A stretch of 64,000 nucleotides of DNA from an uncultured Bacilli bacterium. GTDB taxonomy: Bacteria > Bacillota_I > Bacilli_A > RF39 > UBA660. Of the stretch, positions 21,206-31,006 are shown piece after piece. The DNA lies in the NCBI GenBank assembly GCA_910579535.1, contig CAJTUR010000001.1:26587-90586 (forward strand), written 5' to 3'. Below the pieces are notes generated by a model that saw nothing but the letters and a program-made list of their open reading frames with translations, ran no database searches and was not told the origin of the DNA. The position numbers were made by a program, and so were the translations under genes. How positions within the stretch are numbered: the stretch's first letter is position 1; each line of letters begins with the position of its first letter.

Positions 21206-21808
21206 ATGGTTTATCCTAAAAAATTAGAGACTATACTTGAGTATTATAAAAAATTGCCTGGTATAGGAGAAAAAAATGCTGAACGTTTGGCTTTAGCAAC
21301 GCTTGATTTTACAACTGAACAAATTTCAGAATTTAGCGATGCTTTGATTGAAGCAAAAGAACATCTTCGTCCTTGTAAAATTTGTGGGCACCTGACTGAT
21401 CAGGAAATTTGTTCAATCTGTAGTGATGATGGTCGTAATAAAAACATTATTTGTGTTTTAGAAGACTATAAAAGTGTTTTTGCTTTTGAAAAGGCTGGAA
21501 ATTTTAAAGGTGTTTATCATGTCCTTAATGGTCTTATTTCTCCTACAGATGGCATTAGTTATGAAGATATTAATTTGAATAGCTTGTCAATGCGTGTTGA
21601 TACTTTAGATAATCCAGAATTAATCTTAGCCTTAAAATCAAGTATTGAAGGGGAAACCACAACTCTGTTTATCAAAAAAATCTTTGAAGATAAAGATGTT
21701 TTAATTTCTAGATTATCCTATGGTATTCCTATGGGAGCAGATATTGATTATATGGATGTGGTTACTTTAGATAAAGCCTTAGATGATCGTAAGAAAATTT
21801 CAGACTAA
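21206..21808 (+). CDS. recR: Recombination protein RecR (ATG 21206; the track uses GTG 21191)
   Basis: HhH LPGIGEKNAERLA, C4 zinc finger CKICGHLTDQEICSIC, Toprim. Confidence 0.9.
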   Translation: MVYPKKLETILEYYKKLPGIGEKNAERLALATLDFTTEQISEFSDALIEAKEHLRPCKICGHLTDQEICSICSDDGRNKNIICVLEDYKSVFAFEKAGNFKGVYHVLNGLISPTDGISYEDINLNSLSMRVDTLDNPELILALKSSIEGETTTLFIKKIFEDKDVLISRLSYGIPMGADIDYMDVVTLDKALDDRKKISD

Positions 21809-21851
21809 TAATTTTCTAGTTTGTCCATATACATTAATAAAGGTGATTTGG

Positions 21852-22040
21852 ATGATAAAGAAATTTATTTCATTAGTAAAAAAAGTAATTTTTTCATTTT
21901 TGTTGTTGTATGGATTGAATTTATGTATTAATTCTTTAAATATAGTCATTCCTATTAATGTTTTTACTTTAGGAACGGTGACATTTTTAGGGGTTCCAGG
22001 TCTCGTTTCCTTAATTACATTATTTTTTATGACAAAATGA
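21852..22040 (+). CDS. bofA: BofA-like small membrane protein (pro-sigmaK processing inhibitor family); internal start MIKKFISL
   Basis: LNIVIPINVFTLGTVTFLGVPGLVSLI resembles B. subtilis BofA LGIHVPINLVTTAISGILGIPGIAALV; position after recR matches B. subtilis (recR-yaaL-bofA). Confidence 0.6.
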   Translation: MIKKFISLVKKVIFSFLLLYGLNLCINSLNIVIPINVFTLGTVTFLGVPGLVSLITLFFMTK

Positions 22041-22059
22041 TTTTTGGTAGGGTGGTATT

Positions 22060-22881
22060 TTGATAAAAAATGATGCTATACTTTCACTTGTAAAAAAATA
22101 TAATGAGAATAAAATGTCTCATATCTTTTTGATTGAAACAAATGATAAGGAACAAACTTTAAAGGATTTACTTGAGTTAATAAAAATTCTTAATTGTGAA
22201 AAAGAGTACGTAGAAAATTGTGTTAAATGCAATTTATGTCATTTAATTACTCAAAGCTCTTTGCCTTCTTTAAAAATCATTTCTCCTGATGGACAAAATA
22301 TAAGAAAAGAACAAATGGAAGAACTTAAGACTACTTTTTCAAGTCAACCTTATTTTTCTAAATATAACGTTTATGTTATTAATGATGCTGAAAAATTTAA
22401 TGCTTCGAGTGCAAATACTATGTTGAAGTTTATTGAAGAGCCAGAAAAAAATATTATTGGTTTTTTAATTACTAATAATAAAGAGAATGTCATTAATACC
22501 ATTAAAAGTCGTTGTGAAATTGTTAAGGCCCATTATTCAGAAAATAAAAAGGAAGTTGATCAACGCCTTTATGATTTAGCGGTACAATATTTAAAAAGAA
22601 TTGAGATTATAAAAGAAGAAAGTATTCTTTACAATCAAGATTTACTAAATGAAAAATTAGAAAAAGAAGATTTTCTTGTTTTTTTTGAAATACTTTTGTC
22701 CTTCTATTTAAAACTTTTAAATCAAAAGGAAGTTCCAAAGGATTTGATTGAACTTAGAGATCAAGAGATAAAAGAAATTTTAAGAAAAATTCAATTAATT
22801 ACTGAAATTATTGAAAAGTTAAATTATAATGTAAATATGAATTTATTACTGGATGATTTTGTTTTGAGGATGGAGGCGTAA
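22060..22881 (+). CDS. holB: DNA polymerase III delta-prime subunit
   Basis: 273 aa; degenerate AAA+ clamp-loader fold, SRC-type motif; synteny. Confidence 0.8.
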   Translation: MIKNDAILSLVKKYNENKMSHIFLIETNDKEQTLKDLLELIKILNCEKEYVENCVKCNLCHLITQSSLPSLKIISPDGQNIRKEQMEELKTTFSSQPYFSKYNVYVINDAEKFNASSANTMLKFIEEPEKNIIGFLITNNKENVINTIKSRCEIVKAHYSENKKEVDQRLYDLAVQYLKRIEIIKEESILYNQDLLNEKLEKEDFLVFFEILLSFYLKLLNQKEVPKDLIELRDQEIKEILRKIQLITEIIEKLNYNVNMNLLLDDFVLRMEA

Positions 22882-22883
22882 TA

Positions 22884-23669
22884 GTGGCGATTTATGGGGT
22901 TAAATTTGGGGATAGTGGCAAAGAATATTATTTTGAGGGTCAAAATTTAAAAATTCATAATAATGTTTGCGTTATTGTAGAAACTGAAAAAGGTTTGCAA
23001 TATGGTAAAGTAATAAGAAAAGTTAAAGAAACAGATATTAAAAGCGAAGAAGTATTAAAAAAAATTCTTCGTTTAACGACAAAAGAAGATTATAAACAGC
23101 ATCTGATCAATTTAAAAGAGGCGGAGGTTGCTTTAAAGAATGCTCAACAAATTGCTAATGATTTGCGTTTAGGTATGCATTTTTTATCTTCAAGTTTTAC
23201 TTTTGATCGAAAACAACTTTTATTTAATTTTACCGCGGATGAAAGAGTGGATTTTAGAGAATTAACTCGAAAGTTAGCGGCACTTTATAAAACTCGTATT
23301 GAACTACGTCAGATTGGAGCTAGGGATAAGGCGTGTAGTGTAGGAGGAATAGGTCAATGTGGAAGAGAACTTTGTTGTTCTACGTTTTTACAATCTTTAG
23401 AATCTGTATCCATGACTATGGCTAAAAATCAAAATTTAGCGTTGAATCCAACAAAGATAAATGGTTCTTGTGGAAGACTTTTGTGTTGTTTGGCTTATGA
23501 GGATAGCGAGTATCAAAGATGCGGAAAAGGATTACCCAGTGTAGGTGACCATGTGGTTATGGATAAAATAAATGGTAAAGTTATTAGTGTGGACGTTTTA
23601 AATCGTAAAATAAAAGTATTTTGTGAGAATGAACTAAAAGAAGTGGATTTAAATAATGAAAGTCATTAA
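22884..23669 (+). CDS. ricT: PSP1-domain protein RicT/YaaT (stage 0 sporulation, RNase Y regulator)
   Basis: 261 aa; Cys cluster CSVGGIGQCGRELCC..CGRLLCC typical of RicT; synteny after holB. Confidence 0.8.
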   Translation: MAIYGVKFGDSGKEYYFEGQNLKIHNNVCVIVETEKGLQYGKVIRKVKETDIKSEEVLKKILRLTTKEDYKQHLINLKEAEVALKNAQQIANDLRLGMHFLSSSFTFDRKQLLFNFTADERVDFRELTRKLAALYKTRIELRQIGARDKACSVGGIGQCGRELCCSTFLQSLESVSMTMAKNQNLALNPTKINGSCGRLLCCLAYEDSEYQRCGKGLPSVGDHVVMDKINGKVISVDVLNRKIKVFCENELKEVDLNNESH

Positions 23670-24363
23670 TGATTTATATGATTATGAGGGATTTAAAATT
23701 GTACAAGATCAGGAAAGTTTTAAATTCTCTTTGGATTCGATATTGCTGGCTGAATACATCATACTTAAAGATTCTAAATTGAAAGTTCTTGATTTGTGTA
23801 CAGGAAATGCGGCGATTCCTCTTATTTTATCCTATTATTATTCTAATGAAATCGTGGGATTTGAAATACAAAAAAGTAGTTTTGATTTGGCTTTAGAAAG
23901 TATTAAAATAAATGGTAAGGAACAACAAGTTCGAATTATTAATGATGATGTTCGTAATTTGAAAAATTATTATTCAGCTCAATCTTTTGAAGTGGTTTTG
24001 GCTAATCCGCCTTATTTTAAACTTAATAAACAATCCTTGATTAATCAAAATGATTGTAAAGCTCTTGCACGTCATGAAATTTCTTTATGCTTAGAAGATT
24101 TGTTTAAAATTTCTAAATATATTTTAAAGGAAAAAGGTGAACTTTATTTGGTTCATTTACCAGACCGTTTAGAAGAAATTTTATTCTTTTGTGAAAAATA
24201 TAAAATTCGAGCTAAAAAGATTCATTTTATTTTTTCTAAAGGGAAAGCTAAAGCTCAGATGGTTCTTATTAAATGTGTAAAAGGGGGAAATAATAAGTTA
24301 GATGTACATAGTATAGAAGCTATTAATTTATATAAAAGTTATAAAAATCTATTTAGGATGTGA
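23656..24363 (+). CDS. tRNA (adenine37-N6)-methyltransferase-like class I SAM MTase (YabB/TrmN6 family)
   Basis: DLCTGNAAI SAM motif and NPPY (LANPPYF) N6-adenine MTase catalytic motif. Confidence 0.75.
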   Translation: MKVINDLYDYEGFKIVQDQESFKFSLDSILLAEYIILKDSKLKVLDLCTGNAAIPLILSYYYSNEIVGFEIQKSSFDLALESIKINGKEQQVRIINDDVRNLKNYYSAQSFEVVLANPPYFKLNKQSLINQNDCKALARHEISLCLEDLFKISKYILKEKGELYLVHLPDRLEEILFFCEKYKIRAKKIHFIFSKGKAKAQMVLIKCVKGGNNKLDVHSIEAINLYKSYKNLFRM

Positions 24364-24368
24364 TTTTG

Positions 24369-24920
24369 TTGAAATTAATTGTTGGTTTAGGAAATCCAGG
24401 AAAAGAATATGAAAATACTAGACATAATGTGGGATTTATGGTAATAGATTCTTTTTTTGGTGAGAATGATTTTCAAAAAAAATTTGATGGTTTAGTAAAA
24501 ATAGTCTCGATAGGAAAAGAAAAAGTTTTAGTGTTGAAACCACAGACTTTTATGAATTTGTCGGGAAATTCCATCATTAAAGCTGTTAAATATTATGATA
24601 TTGCTTTAGATGATTTATTGGTTATTCAAGATGATATGGATTTGGATTTTGGAACGTTTAAAATTAAGAAGAATAGTTCTTCTGGAGGACATAATGGGAT
24701 TAAATCGATTATTGGTGCTTTAGGTAGTGAAAGTTTTGCGAGGTTAAAGATAGGTATTTCACATGATATTCATCACGATACCATCCATTATGTTTTAGGA
24801 AAGTTTTCTAAAAGTGAATTGCAACTATTAGAAAAAAATATGGTAGAGCTTCATAAAATAATAGAAACGTTTATTAATAAATCTGTTGATGCTGCCATGC
24901 AACTGGCGAATTCTAGGTGA
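24369..24920 (+). CDS. pth: Peptidyl-tRNA hydrolase (TTG start giving MKLIVGLGNPG; the track starts at 24360)
   Basis: LIVGLGNPG and HNGIKS motifs. Confidence 0.9.
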   Translation: MKLIVGLGNPGKEYENTRHNVGFMVIDSFFGENDFQKKFDGLVKIVSIGKEKVLVLKPQTFMNLSGNSIIKAVKYYDIALDDLLVIQDDMDLDFGTFKIKKNSSSGGHNGIKSIIGALGSESFARLKIGISHDIHHDTIHYVLGKFSKSELQLLEKNMVELHKIIETFINKSVDAAMQLANSR

Positions 24921-24925
24921 AGGCT

Positions 24926-27900
24926 ATGAAATGGTTGGAAGAAAAGTTTAGTGTTAAACGAAATGTGCATATACAAGGATTAACAAAAGAGTTAAATGTT
25001 TTATATTTGAATTCATTGTTTAATAAGACTCAGAAAAATTTATTAGTTGTTACTAACTCATTGTATGAGTGTAATCAGTTGTATTCTCTACTCAGAACGT
25101 ATAGTGATAAAGTTCTGCTTTTTCCAATGGATGAATTTATGCAAAGTGTAGCTTTAGCTGTTTCTCCAGATTTAAAAGTAAAAAGGTTAGAAACTTTAGA
25201 GAAAATTAATGATGGACCGTCAATAGTGGTTACTAATTTAATGGGGTATTTGAAGTTTTTGCCAAGTTTAGAGATGGCGAGTCAAAATAAACTTCAATTA
25301 AAATGTGAAATGGAAATTTCACGTGATGAAATTGTTCGTTCTTTAGAGCATTTTGGATATAGTAGAGATTCTTTGGTTACTTCTACAGGTAATTATGCGG
25401 TTCGTGGCTTTATTATTGATATTTTTCCTACTTTTTTTAATCATCCTATACGAATTGAGTTTTTTGGTAACGCTATTGAGTCGATTCGTTATTTTGATGA
25501 AGATACGCAAAGGTCTTTAGATAATATCACAGAGGTTACATTATCCCCTTTTGATGAAGTTTTAAGTGGCGATAATAGTTCTTTGTTTCAGTATTTAAAT
25601 GAGCCTTTAGTTATTTTTTATGATTATCAACAAATAATGGCTGGATATGAAAAACTTACTAATGATATTTTGGAATATCAAAAAAGTGATGAAAGTCATC
25701 AAAAGCAATATATGTTTCTTTTTGAAGAGATAAAAATGAATGATCGAATTTATATTGATACGATCGAAAATGAAAGAAAAGATGCTTTAGAAGTCATTAC
25801 TTATGAAACTAAAGAAATTGATAATTTTCATTCGAATTTTAAATTGTTAGAAGAGAAAGTGAATCATTGGATTCAAAATAAGAAGACTGTTCTCTTTTGC
25901 TTGTCAAGAGAAAATCAGGTAAGGGAAATACAAGAACTTTTTGTTAATAGTCATTTAGTTAAAAGTGAAACTTTAAGTAATGGTATTAATATTTTAAATA
26001 AGAAATTAAATAAAGGATTTATTATAGATGATTATGTTGTTCTTACAGAGTATGATATTGAAGAGATTAGAGAAGAAAGTAAGCATTATCAAAATTTGCT
26101 TAAAATTGGTAAACGAGTTCATTCGTTAGATAATTTAGAAATTGGTGATTATGTCGTTCATAGAACTCATGGGATAGGTATTTATAATGGCGTTGTGACC
26201 TTAAATCAGAAAGATTTGAAGAAGGATTTTATTCAGATTAATTATTTAGGGGATGATAAGGTTTATATTCCTGTAGAGAAAATTTCTAATATTTATAAAT
26301 ATACGGAAAAAGAAGGTTTAAAACCGAAGATTAATAAATTAAATAGTACCGCTTGGGAGTTAAAGAAAAGGCAGGTCCAAAAAAAGATAAAAGATATTTC
26401 TCAAGAACTTATGAGACTCTATGCTATTCGTAGTAGTACTAAAGGGGAGGCTTATATCGATTATCCCATGGAAGACTTGTTTGCGATGGAGTTTCCTTAT
26501 GAAGAGACGAAAGACCAATTAAAAGCAATACAAGATATTCAAAATGATTTAAGGAGTCCTGTACCGATGGATCGACTTCTTTGTGGGGATGTTGGGTTTG
26601 GAAAAACAGAAGTGTCTTTTCGAGCTATTTTTAAAACAGTAGTAAATAACCATCAAGTGATGTATTTATGTCCAACAACTATTTTATCGAAGCAGCAATA
26701 CCTTTCAGCTAAAAGTAGATTTGGTAATTATCCTATTGAAATTGCTTTATTAAATCGTTTTACGTCTAAAAAAGATTCCAAGCGCATTTTGGAAGATTTT
26801 AATAAAGGAAAAATTGATATTTTGTTTGGAACGCATCGTCTGTTAAGTGAGGATGTGGTTCCTAAGCGTTTAGGCTTACTTGTTGTTGATGAAGAACAAC
26901 GCTTTGGTGTTACGCATAAAGAAAAAATAAAAAAGCTTAAAAATAATGTTAATGTCCTTACTTTATCAGCGACTCCTATTCCAAGAACGCTTAAGATGGC
27001 AATGAGTGGACTTAGGGATTTATCGGTTATTGATACGGCTCCTGTTAATCGTTATCCTATTCAGACTTATGTGGTTAGTGAACAGGAAATATTGGTAAAA
27101 GATGCTATTTATAAAGAGCTATCAAGAAAAGGTCAAATTTTTATTTTATATAATAAAGTGGCTAGTATAACTGATTTTGCTGATAAAATAAAAGCTTTGG
27201 TTCCTGAGGCAAGAGTTAGTTTTGCTCACGGACAAATGAGCAAAAATGAATTAGACGCGATTATGGAAGCGTTTGTGGGATTTGAATTTGACATTTTAGT
27301 TTGTACGACCATTATAGAAACAGGAATTGATATTCAAAATGCTAATACTTTGATTATTTATGATGCTGACCATTTTGGACTTAGTCAGCTTTATCAGATA
27401 AGGGGACGAGTGGGTAGAAGTGACCGAATTGCCTATGCGTATTTGTTATATAATAAAAGTAAAGTTTTAAATGATATTGCGGTGAAAAGACTTCAAGCGA
27501 TTAAGGATTTTACGGAACTTGGAAGTGGATATCGAATTGCCATGCGAGATTTGTCTTTAAGAGGTGCTGGGGATCTTTTAGGAAGTGAGCAAGCGGGTTT
27601 TGTTGATGCTATTGGTTTATCTTTGTATATGAAAATGATTGAAGAGGAGATAAAAAGACTTAATGGTGAAGAAGTGACGGAAGAAGATACAGATAGTAAA
27701 GCTCTTATAAATGTTAGTACGCATATTAGTGATGAGTATGCAAGTGATATGGATATTAAAATTGAAATTCACAAATTAATTAATGAGATTGATTCTAAGT
27801 CGTCTTTAGAAAGAATTAAAACGCTATTAGAAGACCGTTTTGGAAAAATAAGCGTAGAAATGGAAATTTATATGTATGAGGAATGGTTTGAAAAAATAGC

Positions 27901-28153
27901 GAAGCATTTAGAAATTAGCACTGTTAGTCAAAGTGAGAGAAAGATTGATATTGAAATACCTGAAAAGTATTCAACTCATGTAAAAGGTGATAAACTTTTT
28001 TTAGAAGCTTTTAATATCAGTCCGAATTTTAATTTTAAATATGTTAATAAAAAAATAGTTATTTCTTACTTGATTAAACCAAATTCTAAACATTTTTTAT
28101 ATTATGTTGTCCCTTTATTAGAACTCCTGTACGAAGATGTGAAAGATTTATAA
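24926..28153 (+). CDS. mfd: Transcription-repair coupling factor Mfd (ATG 24926; the track uses GTG 24917)
   Basis: About 1075 aa; UvrB-like N-terminus, RNAP-interaction domain, superfamily-2 helicase motifs GDVGFGKTEV and DEEQRFG, TRG motif. Confidence 0.95.
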   Translation: MKWLEEKFSVKRNVHIQGLTKELNVLYLNSLFNKTQKNLLVVTNSLYECNQLYSLLRTYSDKVLLFPMDEFMQSVALAVSPDLKVKRLETLEKINDGPSIVVTNLMGYLKFLPSLEMASQNKLQLKCEMEISRDEIVRSLEHFGYSRDSLVTSTGNYAVRGFIIDIFPTFFNHPIRIEFFGNAIESIRYFDEDTQRSLDNITEVTLSPFDEVLSGDNSSLFQYLNEPLVIFYDYQQIMAGYEKLTNDILEYQKSDESHQKQYMFLFEEIKMNDRIYIDTIENERKDALEVITYETKEIDNFHSNFKLLEEKVNHWIQNKKTVLFCLSRENQVREIQELFVNSHLVKSETLSNGINILNKKLNKGFIIDDYVVLTEYDIEEIREESKHYQNLLKIGKRVHSLDNLEIGDYVVHRTHGIGIYNGVVTLNQKDLKKDFIQINYLGDDKVYIPVEKISNIYKYTEKEGLKPKINKLNSTAWELKKRQVQKKIKDISQELMRLYAIRSSTKGEAYIDYPMEDLFAMEFPYEETKDQLKAIQDIQNDLRSPVPMDRLLCGDVGFGKTEVSFRAIFKTVVNNHQVMYLCPTTILSKQQYLSAKSRFGNYPIEIALLNRFTSKKDSKRILEDFNKGKIDILFGTHRLLSEDVVPKRLGLLVVDEEQRFGVTHKEKIKKLKNNVNVLTLSATPIPRTLKMAMSGLRDLSVIDTAPVNRYPIQTYVVSEQEILVKDAIYKELSRKGQIFILYNKVASITDFADKIKALVPEARVSFAHGQMSKNELDAIMEAFVGFEFDILVCTTIIETGIDIQNANTLIIYDADHFGLSQLYQIRGRVGRSDRIAYAYLLYNKSKVLNDIAVKRLQAIKDFTELGSGYRIAMRDLSLRGAGDLLGSEQAGFVDAIGLSLYMKMIEEEIKRLNGEEVTEEDTDSKALINVSTHISDEYASDMDIKIEIHKLINEIDSKSSLERIKTLLEDRFGKISVEMEIYMYEEWFEKIAKHLEISTVSQSERKIDIEIPEKYSTHVKGDKLFLEAFNISPNFNFKYVNKKIVISYLIKPNSKHFLYYVVPLLELLYEDVKDL

Positions 28154-28224
28154 AAAATTATGTGAACGTTTGCATAATTTTTTTTTAAGAAAACATACTA
28201 AATTTTGTAAGGAGCTGTTAACGA

Positions 28225-28740
28225 ATGAAGTCAACTGGTGTGATACGAAGAATTGATGAACTCGGACGTATTGTTTTACCAAAAGAAATAAGAAGAAATT
28301 TAGGGATTAGAGAAGGGGAAAATTTAGAAATTTTTGTTGAAGAAGATAAAATGATTTTAAAGAAGTTTTCTAAAATAAAAGATTATGAAGAAATTATTAA
28401 AAGTATTGGAGAAATTGTAGCGAATATTTATGATCATAAAATTATTGTAACTGATAGAGAAAAAGTAATATATAGTAATATAGAAAATATAGAAAGTGTC
28501 AGTCTTGATAAAAATTTGATAAATTTTATTCAAAATCGTGAAAGTGTTTTAAAAAATAGTTTGCAAGCTTATCATTTTAATGAGGAATTAAAAGGGTATT
28601 ATTTTATTATGCCAATTATTACATCAACGGATTGCTTGGGCTTAGTTTTAATTTATAGTGAAAAAGAACTTAAAGAAGAAAATATTAATTTATTAAAATT
28701 AGTCACTGTTTTGATAAGTAGTAAGATTGATATTGCTTGA
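28225..28740 (+). CDS. spoVT: Stage V sporulation regulator SpoVT (AbrB-type N-domain + GAF-like C-domain)
   Basis: N-terminal swapped-hairpin motif RRIDELGRIVLPKEIRRNLGIREGE; 171 aa; position after mfd as in B. subtilis. Confidence 0.8.
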   Translation: MKSTGVIRRIDELGRIVLPKEIRRNLGIREGENLEIFVEEDKMILKKFSKIKDYEEIIKSIGEIVANIYDHKIIVTDREKVIYSNIENIESVSLDKNLINFIQNRESVLKNSLQAYHFNEELKGYYFIMPIITSTDCLGLVLIYSEKELKEENINLLKLVTVLISSKIDIA

Positions 28741-28759
28741 AAATAAAAATGAATTATGA

Positions 28760-28972
28760 TAAGATACCTTTAATTAACGAAGAAGGAAAGAGTACTGTTT
28801 TGGACTTTTGTAGAGAATTTGCGTTTGGTGAAAGCAAATAAAGAAAAAAGTAGGAAGATGGGTCTGGAGTTAAATCGATTAATTCTCGTTACGAAGGAAA
28901 GTGCGTGTTAAAATCACGAATTAAGGTGGTACCACGGGTAAATTGCTCGTCCTTAATTTGTGATTTTTTTTG
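28760..28972 (+). promoter_or_regulatory. T-box riboswitch leader (antiterminator/terminator)
   Basis: Canonical T-box sequence AATTAAGGTGGTACCACGG at 28919-28937; mutually exclusive terminator AAATCACGAATTAAGG / CCTTAATTTGTGATTTT followed by T8; AGAGA-like element in stem I; RBS GGGAG then ATG 28984. Confidence 0.75.
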
Positions 28973-28983
28973 TTTAAAGGGAG

Positions 28984-30091
28984 ATGAAAGTTATGAATTT
29001 AAGTGAAATTAATCAAAGAATCAGTGATAGAAGCGATTGTTTTTATTGGCAAACTGATAGAAAAATAAGTGCTCAAGAAGCATCTATGATATGGAAAGAT
29101 AGACATTCAGCTATAATTAATGAAGAATTATTAGATAAAGTCAATTTAGAATTAAAGGGTGATCGAGTCATTTCAATTGATTTTGATGAAAAGATTCAGA
29201 TGAGTTCCAGCAATGTTAATTCAATAAGAGTTGGAGTTTTAGAAAGTGGAAAAGAAGTCATTATAAGGTGCCATCCTAAAGGAGTTAAAAATGGGTATTT
29301 TTATGTTGAAAGTTTAGCTTCTCAAATTGCATTAGAAAATGGACTTCCTTCATATAAAACTTATTGTATTCATGAATTAGAAAATGAGAATGATATTTCT
29401 TATCAAGTTATAGAGAAGTTAAGTGGAGATACCGTTCAATTTTGTTTAAAAGAACACCCTGAAAAAGAAGAACGACTTGTTATGGAAATGGGTAAAACAA
29501 TGGCAAGACTTCATAAAATAAAAATTAATGGATTTGGTCCTTTTGATAATGAACAAGCTAAAAATGGTAAACTTGTAGGAAAATATGAATCATTAAAATG
29601 CTGGATTAGAAGAAAATCTTGAAAGATTAGTAAAATATAATATTTTAAGTAAAGATATGGCTGATAAAATGAAAGCATTATTTGATGATAATGAATTACT
29701 TAATTCAGATGTATCAGTTTTAATTCATAATGATTTTGCTGATTGGAATTTGTTAACTGATGGTAATTCAATTACAGGTATTATAGATTGGGATGAATGT
29801 GTTGCCGGAAATCCTATAGAGGAAATCGCTTGTTGGTCAACATTTTTTGAACCAGAAAGAATAAAACCATTTTTAAAAGGTTATTTTAGTGACATTCCAA
29901 TATATGACCATTTTGATGAGATGTTTCAATTAATGAGATTAAGGTATACTATTTCAAAAATGGCATTAAGAATTAAAAGATATACTTATGAACAAACACC
30001 TTTTTTAGAAAGTATGATTGAAAAAGGTAAAAAGCATTTGGATGAGTTAATAGAAATATTTCAATTAAATGATTGTAATAAAAAAATATAA
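28984..30091 (+). pseudogene. Phosphotransferase-family (APH/choline-kinase fold) gene split by a frameshift near 29597-29620
   Basis: ORFs 28984-29622 and 29657-30091 are N- and C-halves of one kinase-fold protein (Brenner motif IHNDFADWN, IDWDE). The downstream reading frame is already open from 29597 and reads ..AGLEENLERLVKYNILSKDMADKM.., so a 1-nt indel in a short A-run joins the two halves. Confidence 0.6.
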
Positions 30092-30136
30092 TTTAAATAA
30101 AAAAGGTTTACAAATATAATAGTAGGAGGATTGCTT

Positions 30137-30870
30137 GTGAATAAAGTTGCTATGATTACTGGTGCTAGGAGAGGCTTAGGTCTTGCAGTTGCTAAAAAAT
30201 TTGCGGGGGGGGGTATAATATTGTTTTAAATGATAGAGAAGAGTACGAAGAATTACTAGAAATACAAAAAGAATTGGAAGAAAAGTATTCCGTTTCTTGT
30301 TTCGTGTGTTTTGGAGATGTTGCTAATGAAGATGACGTCATGAAAATGTTAGAAAATGTAAAGAGTGCGTTTGGTAGACTTGATGTTTTAGTAAATAATT
30401 CGGGAATTGTCTATGATATGGAACTAGATGAGCGACCTACAAGCATTTTTGAGGAAACCATGCATAATAATGTAACAGGAACCTATTTGATGAGTAAGTA
30501 TTTTGGGCATTTTATGTTTGAAAGTGAGAAAACAACAAGAATTATAAATGTTGCAAGTACAAATGGAATGGATTGTAATTTTCCAACAAGTATTGATTAT
30601 GATGCTTCTAAGGCAGCAATTATTTCTCTAACAAAAAACTTTGCTCTTGAATATGCACCAAGAATTCTTGTGAATGCAGTGGCTCCTGGATGGATTAAGA
30701 CAGAAATGAATTCTGATTTACCTGAAGATTTAGTTTTGGAAGAAGCCTCTAAAATATATTTGAAAAGATTTGCTGAACCGAGTGAAATAGCGAGTTTAAT
30801 TTATTATTTAGGTAGTGATGAAAATACTTTTGTAAATAATGAAATTATTAAAATTGATGGTGGTTATTAA
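30137..30870 (+). pseudogene. Short-chain dehydrogenase/reductase (FabG-like) frameshifted at a 9-G homopolymer (30195-30203)
   Basis: GTG 30137 gives MNKVAMITGARRGLGLAVAKKFAGGG (Rossmann TGxxxGxG), then a frame change in GGGGGGGGG continuing into ORF 30274-30870 (NNSG, catalytic YDASKAA). One extra G would restore a single roughly 245-aa SDR. Confidence 0.65.
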
Positions 30871-31006
30871 AAAGACTAAAAATAGAATATTTTTATAAAA
30901 TAATACAGAATCTTCTATTGAATTTTTAGTAATGTAAAAGAAAAATGAATTTTTAATTGATAAATGAATTTAAAAAATAGAGTATAAATTAGAAAAGAGG
31001 TAAGAA

